Part shown: one piece after another, positions 33,856 to 43,699 of the stretch
How positions within the stretch are numbered: position 1 is the stretch's first letter
Layout of the letters: each line of letters begins with the position of its first letter
DNA from: Chiloscyllium plagiosum
Taxonomy: Eukaryota
Length of the DNA stretch: 43,699 bases
Assembly (NCBI RefSeq): GCF_004010195.1
Contig: NC_057719.1
Location: 55,777,534-55,821,232, forward strand
Direction: 5' to 3'
Position numbers and translations under genes: made by a program
Notes under the pieces: model-generated
Databases searched by the model: none
The model's input: the letters and a program-made list of their open reading frames with translations, nothing else
What the model was told of the DNA's origin: nothing

Positions 33856-34445
33856 TTAACTCTCTGCAGCAGCACCCAAATCATCCCTACACACCTGACC
33901 TTCTGTCAATGAATGCTGAAACCTCATTTGCAGTTTAAGCAATTTGTTGGCACTTACTGAAACTTTGTGGTGAAGAAGATGCTGTTGACAGACAGCAGCT
34001 TGCTTTGAGCCTGCCAGCTCATGCACACTTGTTTCTTGTACATCTATAAACAGAACAGATGGGACATTGACTTCAATGGAAATAAAAGTCAGAAGAGGTG
34101 TTAAACAAGCTGCCAATTTGCTACCTGCTTTCTTTTTAACAAACTCTCACAAATTCACAATTATTCTTATTTGGGAGACTTCTCCATTTCTGTCCTTGCC
34201 GCCTGCACTTTGGTTGTTTTCTTGGCATCATGAAACTGCTTCCACTTTGCTTTCCAAATGTTTGAGATGGTGGAGATTGCAGTGAATATTATCAGCAATC
34301 TGTTGCCAGGAGTGTTGGTGACAGCCTGTGACTGCAAAGTTGGAAAGCTGATCCCTAATTTCCAATACTGAACCATCAGGTGTGACATGCTTTTTTTCCT
34401 GAACAACAAGCATGAGGACATGTTTCACTGTAATTCAGAATGTTA
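33856..34445 (-). pseudogene. Decayed Myb/SANT-like (Harbinger ORF2 / MSANTD-type) coding remnant
   Basis: Frames joined across shifts read NYSE/KHVLMLVVQEKKHV...SWQQIADNIH...KHLES/KWKQFHDAKKTTK, matching the F.E...L..LV...K / W..IA / L..KW trihelix spacing. Confidence 0.45.
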
Positions 34446-35082
34446 TTAGTGTGACCCGAGCAAGCACATAAAATAGAAACAGCATGTTAACCACTCGAGT
34501 GATATAACATTGAAAATGTTACAAGTGGTTTGGAACTGATTATTCCTCTTTTTCACAAATAATTGCATAATTGAAATGGTATCAGTTTGTTTCTTAATTG
34601 TCAAAAAGCTTGGATCAGCCAGACAACAATCTCTTAAACACTGTTAAAATGTCCGACAGAGTGTTGCCAACACATTAAGAACAGGTGGTAACTGCAAATT
34701 TCTTCCAATGGTGATTTTCAATCTCACTGTTATGATAACAGTTGCTTCAGAAGGAAAATTTCACAACCTCACCGAGGCATCTTAGATCAAAGTTTGGCAC
34801 CTCATGGATTATCTCATTCCTTGGGTCAAAGATCTAAGTGATATCGGCATTGTCATAGGTGTACCTTGCCTTTAACATAATTAACTTTTAAAGATTCCAT
34901 CTGCTGCCTATATACAATGCTGCAACTCTGCCTGACAGTTTCTCTGGTGTGAGTGCAAACTGCAAACACAAAAATCAGTTGATTATTAGAATGTCTGCTT
35001 CTAACTTATAGTGTTTTAACATTTGAAATAAACTAATTCACAGAGTTAATCAATTCCAGATGCACCATTGGCTTTCCAACTA

Positions 35083-35299
35083 CATCGGTTCTGATATAAT
35101 GCAATAGTTCCATTCTTGTGCAATCTCGCGATATAAGGAAAACATGCAATAGCAATGTATTTACATTAATGGGGCTAGAATGGTGTTACAGCCATTACAG
35201 CTAAGGAAAGTTCACATTCTGCAAATAACAGTCCAAATTCTTCAATTGCAATAAAGCCAATTCACGTTGAAGAAACACACATTTGAGCAGAACAGACTG
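35083..35299. mobile_element. Tigger/pogo-type MITE
   Basis: Imperfect TIRs CATCGGTTCTGATATAA / GAGCAGAACAGACTG with TA on both sides (35081-35082, 35300-35301). Confidence 0.65.
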
Positions 35300-35599
35300 T
35301 ATTTAACTGCGACAGTGCTCTGTACAAAACTTAGTGCTAATGAGGTTTATCTTGTTTGAAGTGTCAGCAAACAATTTAACCTACAGATGAAACACATGAT
35401 CAGCAGTCTTAAATTGTGCAAAAGTGCATGAGACAACCCCTAATGTCTTTGTTCATTAGAGCAGCAGAGAGCGTTGTTCATAGTTTCTGGTAAATAGTCA
35501 AATTCCAAAAAGAAGCTTGTCTATCCCACTTGAGAAAGACAAATGATAAAGGTGTGTGCCAGTCAATTGAAAGTCAGAAAAATCAAAGTCACACTCTCA

Positions 35600-36370
35600 A
35601 AATGTCCACAATATTCCCTAGTTAAAATAGGGATGTAGTAGACTTTATAATAAAATTTGAAATGTTTAAACAGTATTCAAAGCTATGGTTTCCGGATTTG
35701 GATGTATCTGATGCAGAAAAACATTAAGAATTGTTTAGCAATTTGGCATGAAGGTCTGCCATAGACTTAACACATCAGGATTAACAACCAGCTAAAAGAT
35801 CCTCAAAATATATGGCCACATTGGAAGACCAATTCAGAGTCAGATTCTCTATTTATCTGCAAGAATTCATAAAAGATAGACAAAAGTTTATAGATTCCAT
35901 TGTACACCTTGTGAGCAGATGCAGAGAGAACGCTTCATTATGTGCTGTTTCAGATGGAGAGCTAGCAAACAGAATTGTTGAGTTCGTGATCACATCCACT
36001 CTCATAGAAATTTTCCAGAAAGAATTACGAGACAAACAAAGACTTTCAGCATCAGAGGGTGACTGAACGTTGGATGTAAGTACGCGGTGGTCCTCACTGG
36101 TCAAAGAACCTTCCAAGTCCTGAGTATCCGATCATTGACACCATTATAAGGACACCCAAATAAAGCAAGACACGTAGAAAGAGTAGCATTCTACATGGAG
36201 CAAGGAAGTGCCCTTTTTTTTAATCAATGTGCAAGAAATGTGGTAGAAAAAACCATTGGTAGAGACACCACACTAGAACAAAGTGTATAAAGAATTAGTG
36301 GAGCTGAAATCTCAAATCTGTTGTAGAGAAAATAAAAATGAAAGTTCAAGAGAAAAGTGCTGAACAACTA
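35600..36370 (+). mobile_element. Degenerate Gypsy gag
   Basis: HRLNTSGLT...KDPQNIW precedes ORF 35812-36066 (LEDQF...RQKFIDSIVHLVSRCRENASLC...ELANRIVEFVITST.IEIFQKEL). Zinc-knuckle remnant CKKCGRKNHW at about 36230-36260. Confidence 0.75.
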
Positions 36371-36389
36371 GCTCAGGAGAAATCCAAGT

Positions 36390-37005
36390 AAGGCCATAAG
36401 AAATAGGAAGAGAAGTAGGCTGTTTGGTCCTCAAGCCTGCACCTTCTATCAATAGGATCATAGTTGTTTTGACATTCCTTATATCCACTTTCCTGCCCTT
36501 TCCTTTCCATTTCCTTAATGATCAAGAATCTGCCTGTCTCAGCCTTAAATATACACAAGGACTCTGTCCCCACAGTGCTCTGTGGCAAGGAGTTCTAAAG
36601 AGTCACAACTCTGTAATAGAAGAGATTCCTTTTCATCTCAGTCTTAAATTGATGCCCCTTTATTCTGTGACTGTCCCCTCGAGTTCTAGACTCTCCCATG
36701 GGGGGGAAGCATCATCCCAGCATTTAACCTATGAAATACCTTCAAAATCTTCTATGTTTCAATAAGATGATCTCTTATGCTTTTAAATTCCAAACAGTAC
36801 AATTCTAAAGTTTGCTCATTTAAACTTTACAGTTTAATCTTTGCTCATAAAACAATTCCTCCATACCAGATATCATCCTAAAGAACCTTCTCTGAATTGC
36901 CTCAAATGAAATAATATTTTTCCTTAATTAAGGGGACCAAAACTGCTCACAGTATTCCAATTATGGTCTCACAAGCACCATGTACAAGTTGCAGTAAGAC
37001 TCACT
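36390..37005 (-). mobile_element. CR1 LINE 3' fragment
   Basis: CCATAAGAAATAGGAAGAGAAGTAGGC...GGGGACCAAAACTGCTCACAGTATTCCAA; the latter reads LEYCEQFWSP on the minus strand. Confidence 0.88.
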
Positions 37006-37839
37006 ATTCTTTGAGGATGCTGTCTTTGAGGTGATGTAGATTTTAGGAGATAGTTCCATTCAGGTCACAAAGGCGAATGCAAAATTAAAAGAGAAAGAAA
37101 GGGAGTGGGATGAGTTACAAGCTCTCTATCAATCTAAAGAAAAGAATGCTTGTTTACAGAAATATCCTGAGAAATTTGCATGTAAAATAGATCAGACTCA
37201 GCAGAAATAGCTACAGAATCAATGGCTTGAACCTCAAAGTAATACTGGAGAAAATGACAGACCTGCAAAACTAGCTAGAGTTTAGCTAAAATGACTCGTA
37301 CAACTGTCTTTTCAGAAATAAGTCCAGCAATGATGCTAGTGAAAAATAACTCAAACAAGACAGAAGAAACCAAAGAATCACTGAAGTAGTAAATGGAAGA
37401 GGTCCATACTTCAAAGAAAGCCAAAAGAGGCTGGACGGTTATTAAAATATATTACGAAAGGGAAAATATGCAGGATTGATAAAAGTCTAAAACTTTGAAA
37501 GAATTAGAAGAATCCAGGGAGTAATCCCAGAAGATTCAAAATGAGTTGGAAGCTCTTCAGGACTTGATGAATGAAATCACTAAGTGATGAATTTGGAATA
37601 AAATGTACTTGCAATGCATCAGGATTAGCAAATTCTGGAAAATTTGACAGCATAAACAGGAATGATTGACATTATCGCCTATAATTATATAAATTTTTAA
37701 AAAAGAGGGTAAGAAAGTTCACCTTTAAGTATTCCTTGTGCCGTGTACAGTGTTGTGAATCTGCCTGGCAGTTAATCTAGTGTGGGTCTGCAAGATGTAC
37801 ACACACTGAAATCAATTAGTTGCTTTACAACTCATGATC

Positions 37840-38051
37840 TGTTTTACAGTTATAAATAAACTACCCCACTGAGTTAATCAATCTTTGATAAGCAATTGAT
37901 TATTAGGCCACTATCATTATCGTCTTTGAGGAGAAAGTGAGGACTGCAGATGCTGGAGATCAGAGCTTGTTTTACAGTTATAAATAAACTACCCCACTGA
38001 GTTAATCAATCTTTGATAAGCAATTGATTATTAGGCCACTATCATTATCGT
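37840..38051. repeat. Perfect 84-bp direct duplication flanking a 44-bp insert that is the PLE tail
   Basis: 37840-37923 equals 37968-38051. Between them lies CTTTGA plus GGAGAAAGTGAGGACTGCAGATGCTGGAGATCAGAGCT, which matches 32461-32498 with one mismatch. Confidence 0.95.
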
Positions 38052-38757
38052 GACAACTGCAAAATAAAAGACACACTGTGTCAAAACTTTTCACCTTGGA
38101 CCTATCAGAGCATTTCACAGGAATTCAAGTTCAAAAGGAAAACCATCATTAATGTCACATGAGAGGTGAATGCGGATTAGTTGGCAGGTGGAGTTTGATT
38201 GATAGAGACATTGCCATGAATGCTGATTTATAGTTAACAGCCAGCTTTGTTACATTTTTAAGCAAGTAGGTTGATTTTGATTGTTCAGAGCATCATCCTG
38301 TGAAATTAACCAGTGAATGGCTGTCATCTGTTTGGCTGAATTAAAATGGATGGCATGCATGGGCATGTTATTTCTGTCTAAAGAGAGCAGATATATAATA
38401 TATGATACATATCATTTATCATATAAAAATATATGATCCATATGGACAACTGAGGCCTGCTGGAAAGATCATTCACTGGTTTTATCCAAAAAGAGCATCC
38501 ACCATGGACCAAGACATGACAAGACCATAAGTCCAAAAAAAACTCATTAACAGATGCAAATCAGGGTGCTATAATGTAAGATGGGCAGTTTTGTCAACCA
38601 GAATGAAAACCGGCAGTGGCCATTTCAAAGACAGCAGGTGAAAAGGGCTGGTGCTATTGCCCAGCGAAAACAACTGTCAATCCACAGGGCCCAAGAGTCA
38701 CTTACCTTCATGTAAATTAAAAGCATCTGTTTCACCTGGTAGGCTCTTGCAGATCTG

Positions 38758-39296
38758 ATTAAAAATCACATAACACCAGGATGTAATCCAACAGGCTTAT
38801 TTGGAAGTACAGGTACACAATCCTTTATCCGAAATCCCAAAATCCAAAAAGGTCTGAAATCTGAAGGTTTTTCGTGAAGTTTTTTCTCCAATACAAGGCT
38901 GTTGGGCATGCAAACAGTTAACCCAACTCCACATCCACTCAACCCACGTCACTCAGATGTGAGGTGGCGGCGTGACCCAGCACAGGCAGACATCAATTCT
39001 GTCTCGGCGCTAGTAGTACTCACGGTGCATCTGCTGTTCAGTAAGATTTTTATTATTTCACCGTTAAAGTGTCATTTATTCCGAAATCCGAAAAATTCAG
39101 AATTCTGAAAACCAGCTGGCCCCGAGGGTTTCGGATAAAGGATTGTGTACCTTTACAAGCTTTCGGAGCGCTGCTCCTTTGTCAGGTAGCTGGCTCCAAA
39201 AGCTAGTACTTCCAAAAAAAACCTGTTGGACGATAACCTGGTGTTGTGTGATTTTTAACTTTGTCCACCCCAGTCCAACAACGGCTCCTCCATATC
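38758..39296 (+). mobile_element. PLE-derived fold-back insert (second family), interrupted by a Tigger-like MITE
   Basis: Arms TTAAAAATCACATAACACCAGG...CCAACAGG...TTTGGAAGTAC / GTACTTCCAAA...CCTGTTGG...CCTGGTGTTGTGTGATTTTTAA; 37-nt tail at 39260-39296. Flanks CTTGCAGATCTG (38746-38757) and CTTGCAGATTTG (39297-39308). Confidence 0.85.
38810..39153. mobile_element. Tigger4/Zombi-like pogo MITE, 344 bp
   Basis: 24-bp perfect TIR AGGTACACAATCCTTTATCCGAAA (38811-38834 vs 39129-39152), TA duplication (38808-38809, 39154-39155) and subterminal ATCCGAAA-type repeats. Confidence 0.9.
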
Positions 39297-40414
39297 CTTG
39301 CAGATTTGTGCAACCTCCTGAAATGGGAGCTGCTAAGCAGGAGGCTATGCTTTGCCAGTGTTTATCAAAACCTCTATTCCGTTTGTTTCATTTTCTTTCC
39401 CATTGTAACAGTATTCAGAGCTGCATTAAGCAGGTCACAAGCATCTAGTTTGCAAGAACAACTAATTCACATTTTTCCTGTGCACGCTGACATTTCACAC
39501 ATTTGCGATCTGGGACTTGTAACAGTGGTTGTGTTCACTCATGCCTAGGGCATGGTGTCACCATCAAAGCACCAGAAAACCAGCTAGAAAAACTTTCATC
39601 AATATGCATTCCAGTCATATTCTGCTAATCTATGATCATTGCTGAAGAATCATGCAGGTCAGTTCCACATTCATAAGCAATTGTTATGACACCCTCAACC
39701 TGACACACACTCCATTATTTCATCAACACATCCTTCTACTCTGGATTAAAATTGTCCCTTTAAATACTCTGATGCCTGAATGTATATTTCATGTTTTTGA
39801 AGTAAAATCAGTGATATTTTTCCACACATATCACTAATTATAATTAATATGTGTTCCGAGGAACTTTTGCATTGTTCTGGACTTAAGTCCAGATACATCA
39901 AATAGTTTAGGACTACATGTATTTTCCAAAGACAACCCAGCACTAACAACAGCTGAGCCATTATCCTGAATCTACTAAGAAGCAGCAATCACCATTGGAT
40001 TACTGCACCATTCCTTCTTTTATCCCAAACACTGAGTTTCTGACCAGAACATTGAATCAATGCTTCTTCAAAATTATGGAAGATTAGACATATCCCTTTT
40101 TTTACAGCAGTAGGTGCCCTGTTCTGTTTTATAGAAGTCTGAAAGCTTCTTTGAAAATCTTGGAGGGTAGGTAAGAGGTAAGCTGGATGAGGTAACTCAG
40201 TTTGTGGTGGGGGGGGATGAGGAGGTAGGTTAGATGTGGAAGGTAGATAAGGGCATAGTGTTGGAAGTGGGTAAGGGAGAAGAATGGCAGATCTGAGAGG
40301 TGACGGGTTTTTTTCCATCATTTCCTGGGTATTTACCCAGATTAGTAAATTGGAATACACTGAAATTTCCAACTTGAACTTAGAGCTGGAAACAAAAATT
40401 TCAAAAGGAATTGC

Positions 40415-41319
40415 AGGTGTAGTGGACAGCAAAGAGGGATAACTCAGATTACAACAGGATCTTGACCAGATGGGCCAATGGGCTGAGAAGTGGTAGATGG
40501 AGTTTAATTCAGATAAATGCGAGGTGCTGCATTTTGGGAAAGCAAATCTTAGCAGGACCTATACACTTAATGGTAAGGTCCTGGGGAGTGTTGCTGAACA
40601 AAGAGACCTTGGAGTGTAGGTTCATAGCTCCTTGAAAGTGGAGTCGCAGGTAGATAGGATAGTGAAGAAGGCGTTTGGTATGTTTTCTTTTATGGTCAGA
40701 GTATTGAGTACAGGAGTTGGGAGGTCATGTTGCAGCTGTTTAGGGCATTGGTTAGGCCACTGTTGGAATATTGTGCGCAATCCTGGTCTCCTTCCTATCG
40801 GAAAGATGTTATGAAACTTGAAACTTGAAAGGGTTCAGAAAAGATTTACAAGATGTTTCCAGGGTTGGAGGATTTGAGCTATAGGGAGAGGCTGAACAGG
40901 CTGGGGCTGTTTTCCCTGGAGCGTCGGAGGCTGAGGGGTGACCTTATAGAGGTTTACAAAATTATGAGGGGCATGGATAGGATAAATAGACAAAGTCTTT
41001 TCCTTGGGGTCGGGGAGTCCAGAACTAGAGGGCATAGGTTTAGGGTGAGATGGGAAAGATATAAAAGAGACCTAAGGGGCAACCTTTTCACACAAAGGGT
41101 GGGACGTGCATGGAATGAGCTGCCAGAGGAAGTGGTGGAGGCTGGTACAATTGCAACATTTAAGAGGCATTTGGATGGGTATATGAATAGGAAGGGTTTG
41201 GAGGGATATTGACTGGGTGCTGGCAGGTGGGACTAGATTGGGTTGGAATATCTGGTCGGCATGGACGGGTTGGACCGGGTCTGTTTCCATGCTGTATATC
41301 TCTATGACTCTATGACTCT
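40415..41319 (+). mobile_element. CR1 LINE, 5'-truncated
   Basis: ORF 40853-41212 reads LSYRERLNRLGLFSLERRRLRGDLIEVYKIM...RTRGH...AWNELPEEVVEA. Tail (CTATGACT)2; candidate TSD AATTGC at 40409-40414 and 41320-41325. Same subfamily as 12286-13430. Confidence 0.95.
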
Positions 41320-41847
41320 AATTGCCCATTGGATGTTCAAATTTCCCAATGGCATCCTTGAGCTACGACTTCCCAGGGCCCCTTGGCACATCTCATGGGA
41401 TTTGTCCAGTCTCTGACAATCTGGAGACTGGAAGGTCTGGAACAATAAATTCTGGTGTGCAAAGAGGAATAAACTGCAGTTATGCCATCAATCTCTATGT
41501 ACCGTGTTAAGATTTCCAGAGTGGTCTGTATCAAGGCATACCATATCTTTCACTGTGTTTGAGACTAGAAGGACACAGTATGCCTTCGGGGGATGAATAA
41601 GAAAGGAAATCTTGTTTTTATGGATGGGTTAGTGAAGTGTGCAGAGGAAGGGAAGCTATCTATCGGATTTTAAATTATATTTCAATAAAACAGAAACCAT
41701 CACTGAAACTAAATTAAAATTGTGAAGCCTTTAATACGGTGAACAACTGATAAGGTAACTCATTCAGTGAAAGATAAGGAAGCTAATAATAAAGATTTGA
41801 CTTGTCTAAATAATTCAGGAGAATGTAGTTTAAGAAAGGAAATGTGT

Positions 41848-42230
41848 TTTTTTATTCATTCATGAGATATGAATACTACTGACAAGACTAGCATTTATTG
41901 CCGATCCATAAACTGAGAAGACAATATAAGCCATTTTCTTGAACTGTTACTGTCTTAGTAGTGTAGAGGCAGTCAGCATACTATTATGAGCAGAGTTCCA
42001 AAATCTTGTGGGAATAGCAGTATGTCTCCAAATCAGAATAGTGTCTGGCCCGGTAGTGGTGCTCTCATGCACCTGCTGTCCTTGTCCTTTTAGGTTAGAG
42101 GTCACAGGTTTGCACCATGCTGTCAAAGAGGCCTTGGCAAGCAGATCTTATGAATGAGACACATTGCTGCCCCCATGCACTGGATGTTTAAGATGGTGGA
42201 AGGGGTGTGGGTTTAGTGAACTGCTTTGAT
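41848..42230 (-). mobile_element. CR1-group LINE 3' end (family of 765-1830)
   Basis: TTTTTATTCATTCATGAGAT...AGCATTTATTGCC...ACCTGCTGTCCTTGTCCTTTTAGG is the reverse of sequence at about 1530-1830. Confidence 0.7.
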
Positions 42231-42613
42231 ATCAAAGAAGCCTCATTGAATTGCTGAGATATTCAACTAAATATTTGAAGCACTAGAGATAAGACGTTGT
42301 AATTTTATGAGGAAATTAACAACTGGAACTGCAGGATTACAATTCTAAGACTTTAACTGTGGTGCAATCTAATATAGATTGCAACAAGAGAAAATATGAT
42401 GAATGAATATTTCACATTGTGGATACTTCCAGATGTGAAAACAATATGATTTTCCAGCAATTATTGTATCTTTACCATTCTATTAATGAGGCAGTAACAA
42501 ATAGGAGAGAATTTAATGTTACTAAATAACTTAACAAAGTCAAAACCTAAGGATGCAAACCAGGACTTGGACAGCATAGACAGTTTGGGTAGTAATGGTA
42601 AGAAATTGCAGTA

Positions 42614-43699
42614 TTTCTTTTTTTTTATAGATATTTTTATTAGAAATTTAACATTTTTACAAGTTTACAAAAATAAACAAAACTCTCAGATATAAACATT
42701 GATATACAATTAGCTCAAATATACAATAGCCAAAATTTGACAAAAAAAAACAAAACAACAAAAAAAAAACCGAAAAGAAAAAAAAACAAACAAACAAAAC
42801 TCAACTATTTACTAATCTAACCTACAACTAACCAGGGTGTATATTTAAGTCTCTTACATGCTCGGGATGTGTTAGCATCAGATATGATAAAACCCGTATT
42901 CGTGCGGGATTCCTCCCCCGAGGGGCCGCGGACCAGCCAGGTTTGTAATCTCAATTAAATAAAAGTCCTTCTTAGGATAGCCAAAATATCTGTATTTATG
43001 TAATTCAAGAAGGGCTGCCATATTTTATAAAATAATTCGGTCTTTCGGTGCACCATATTTGTAAGGAAGTCAAGGGGAATACATTCCATAATTAGTCTGT
43101 GCCAATTTGAAAGTCCCGGGGGGCCCTCCGCCACCCAGTTCATCAAAATATTTTTCCTTGCACAGAAAGAAAGAATAGAAAATAGTCTTCCCGTATGTGT
43201 CCAGGGAGGGAAAGTTCGAAAAGCCCAAGAGGAGAGATACGGGGTCCACTTTTATTTCCGTCCCTAAAATTTCTGTCAGGGTACTTGCTACTTTAGTCCA
43301 AAATCTACGGATCTTATGACAGGTCCATAAGCAATGTACAAGAGTGCCCACCTCTATTTTGCATTGGGGACACATTGGAGATGCTCCTGCCTTAAATTTT
43401 GCCAATCGAACCGGTGCTATATGGGCCCTATGAAGTATCTTCAGCTGGATAGCCTGGGTTCTGTTACAAATAGTAATTCTTCTAGCATTTTCCCAGATAT
43501 CATTCCACGTTTCTGTGGAGATTTCTAGTCCCAAATCCTGATCCCATGTTTTAAGCAGATAATCCATATCTCCCGATACTTCATCATGTACCAAATGATA
43601 AATATTACTGACGGAAGATACCCCCACTGGTCGTAGGACACTACATTCTCTATCGGATTTATAAAGACTATCTAATAACATAGTCTTCTTCTGTATATA
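42614..43699 (-). mobile_element. L1-clade LINE 3' end (ORF2 C-terminus with zinc finger, 3' UTR, poly-A), continuing beyond the window
   Basis: ORF 43070-43681 reads WDQDLG..IS...W..IW...IQLKILHR...CPQCK...GTLVHCLWTC..I..FW. After one frameshift near 43190 it continues LFSILSFCARKNILMNW...FYKIWQPFLNYI to the stop at 42955. AATAAA and a poly-A tract lie at about 42614-42641. Confidence 0.93.

Noticed and set aside
38075..38400. Possible fourth PLE family end with a decayed hammerhead (minus strand CTGATAGGTCCAAGGTGAAA)
   Set aside because: The core is too degenerate and there is no second copy in the window to confirm it.
39989..40432. 147-aa ORF on the minus strand
   Set aside because: Low-complexity Pro-rich frame starting inside a CR1, with no recognisable domain.

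Overview
This is eukaryotic, repeat-rich, apparently intergenic or intronic DNA from a cartilaginous fish. The shark assignment is inferred from HE1/V-SINEs with (CTAAT)n tails, CR1 LINEs with (CTATGACT)n tails and Penelope-like elements; a bamboo or carpet shark is plausible but not provable here. I can support no intact host protein-coding gene: the ORFs I could interpret are transposon remnants, and the rest look like chance frames. The window holds 5-6 HE1 SINEs, many CR1 and CR1-group LINE fragments, an RTE remnant, a fairly young L1 3' end, Gypsy gag/pol remnants (one probably with both LTRs), two Tigger/pogo-type MITEs, a DeuSINE, a possible Harbinger Myb/SANT remnant, and many Penelope-like (PLE) pieces carrying minimal hammerhead-ribozyme cores. 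The most striking pattern is four short, ORF-less PLE-derived fold-back inserts from three sequence families. They share one design: a 12-13 bp target duplication, an inverted arm pair with hammerhead cores, and an unpaired 31-42 nt tail. One has perfect 91-bp arms, and a separate tail-only insert is flanked by a perfect 84-bp duplication. Several multi-level nested insertions, junctional snap-backs, a 152-bp captured segment inside a SINE and a few repeat-free candidate enhancer regions are also noted. All family calls are by eye, and boundaries of old elements are approximate.
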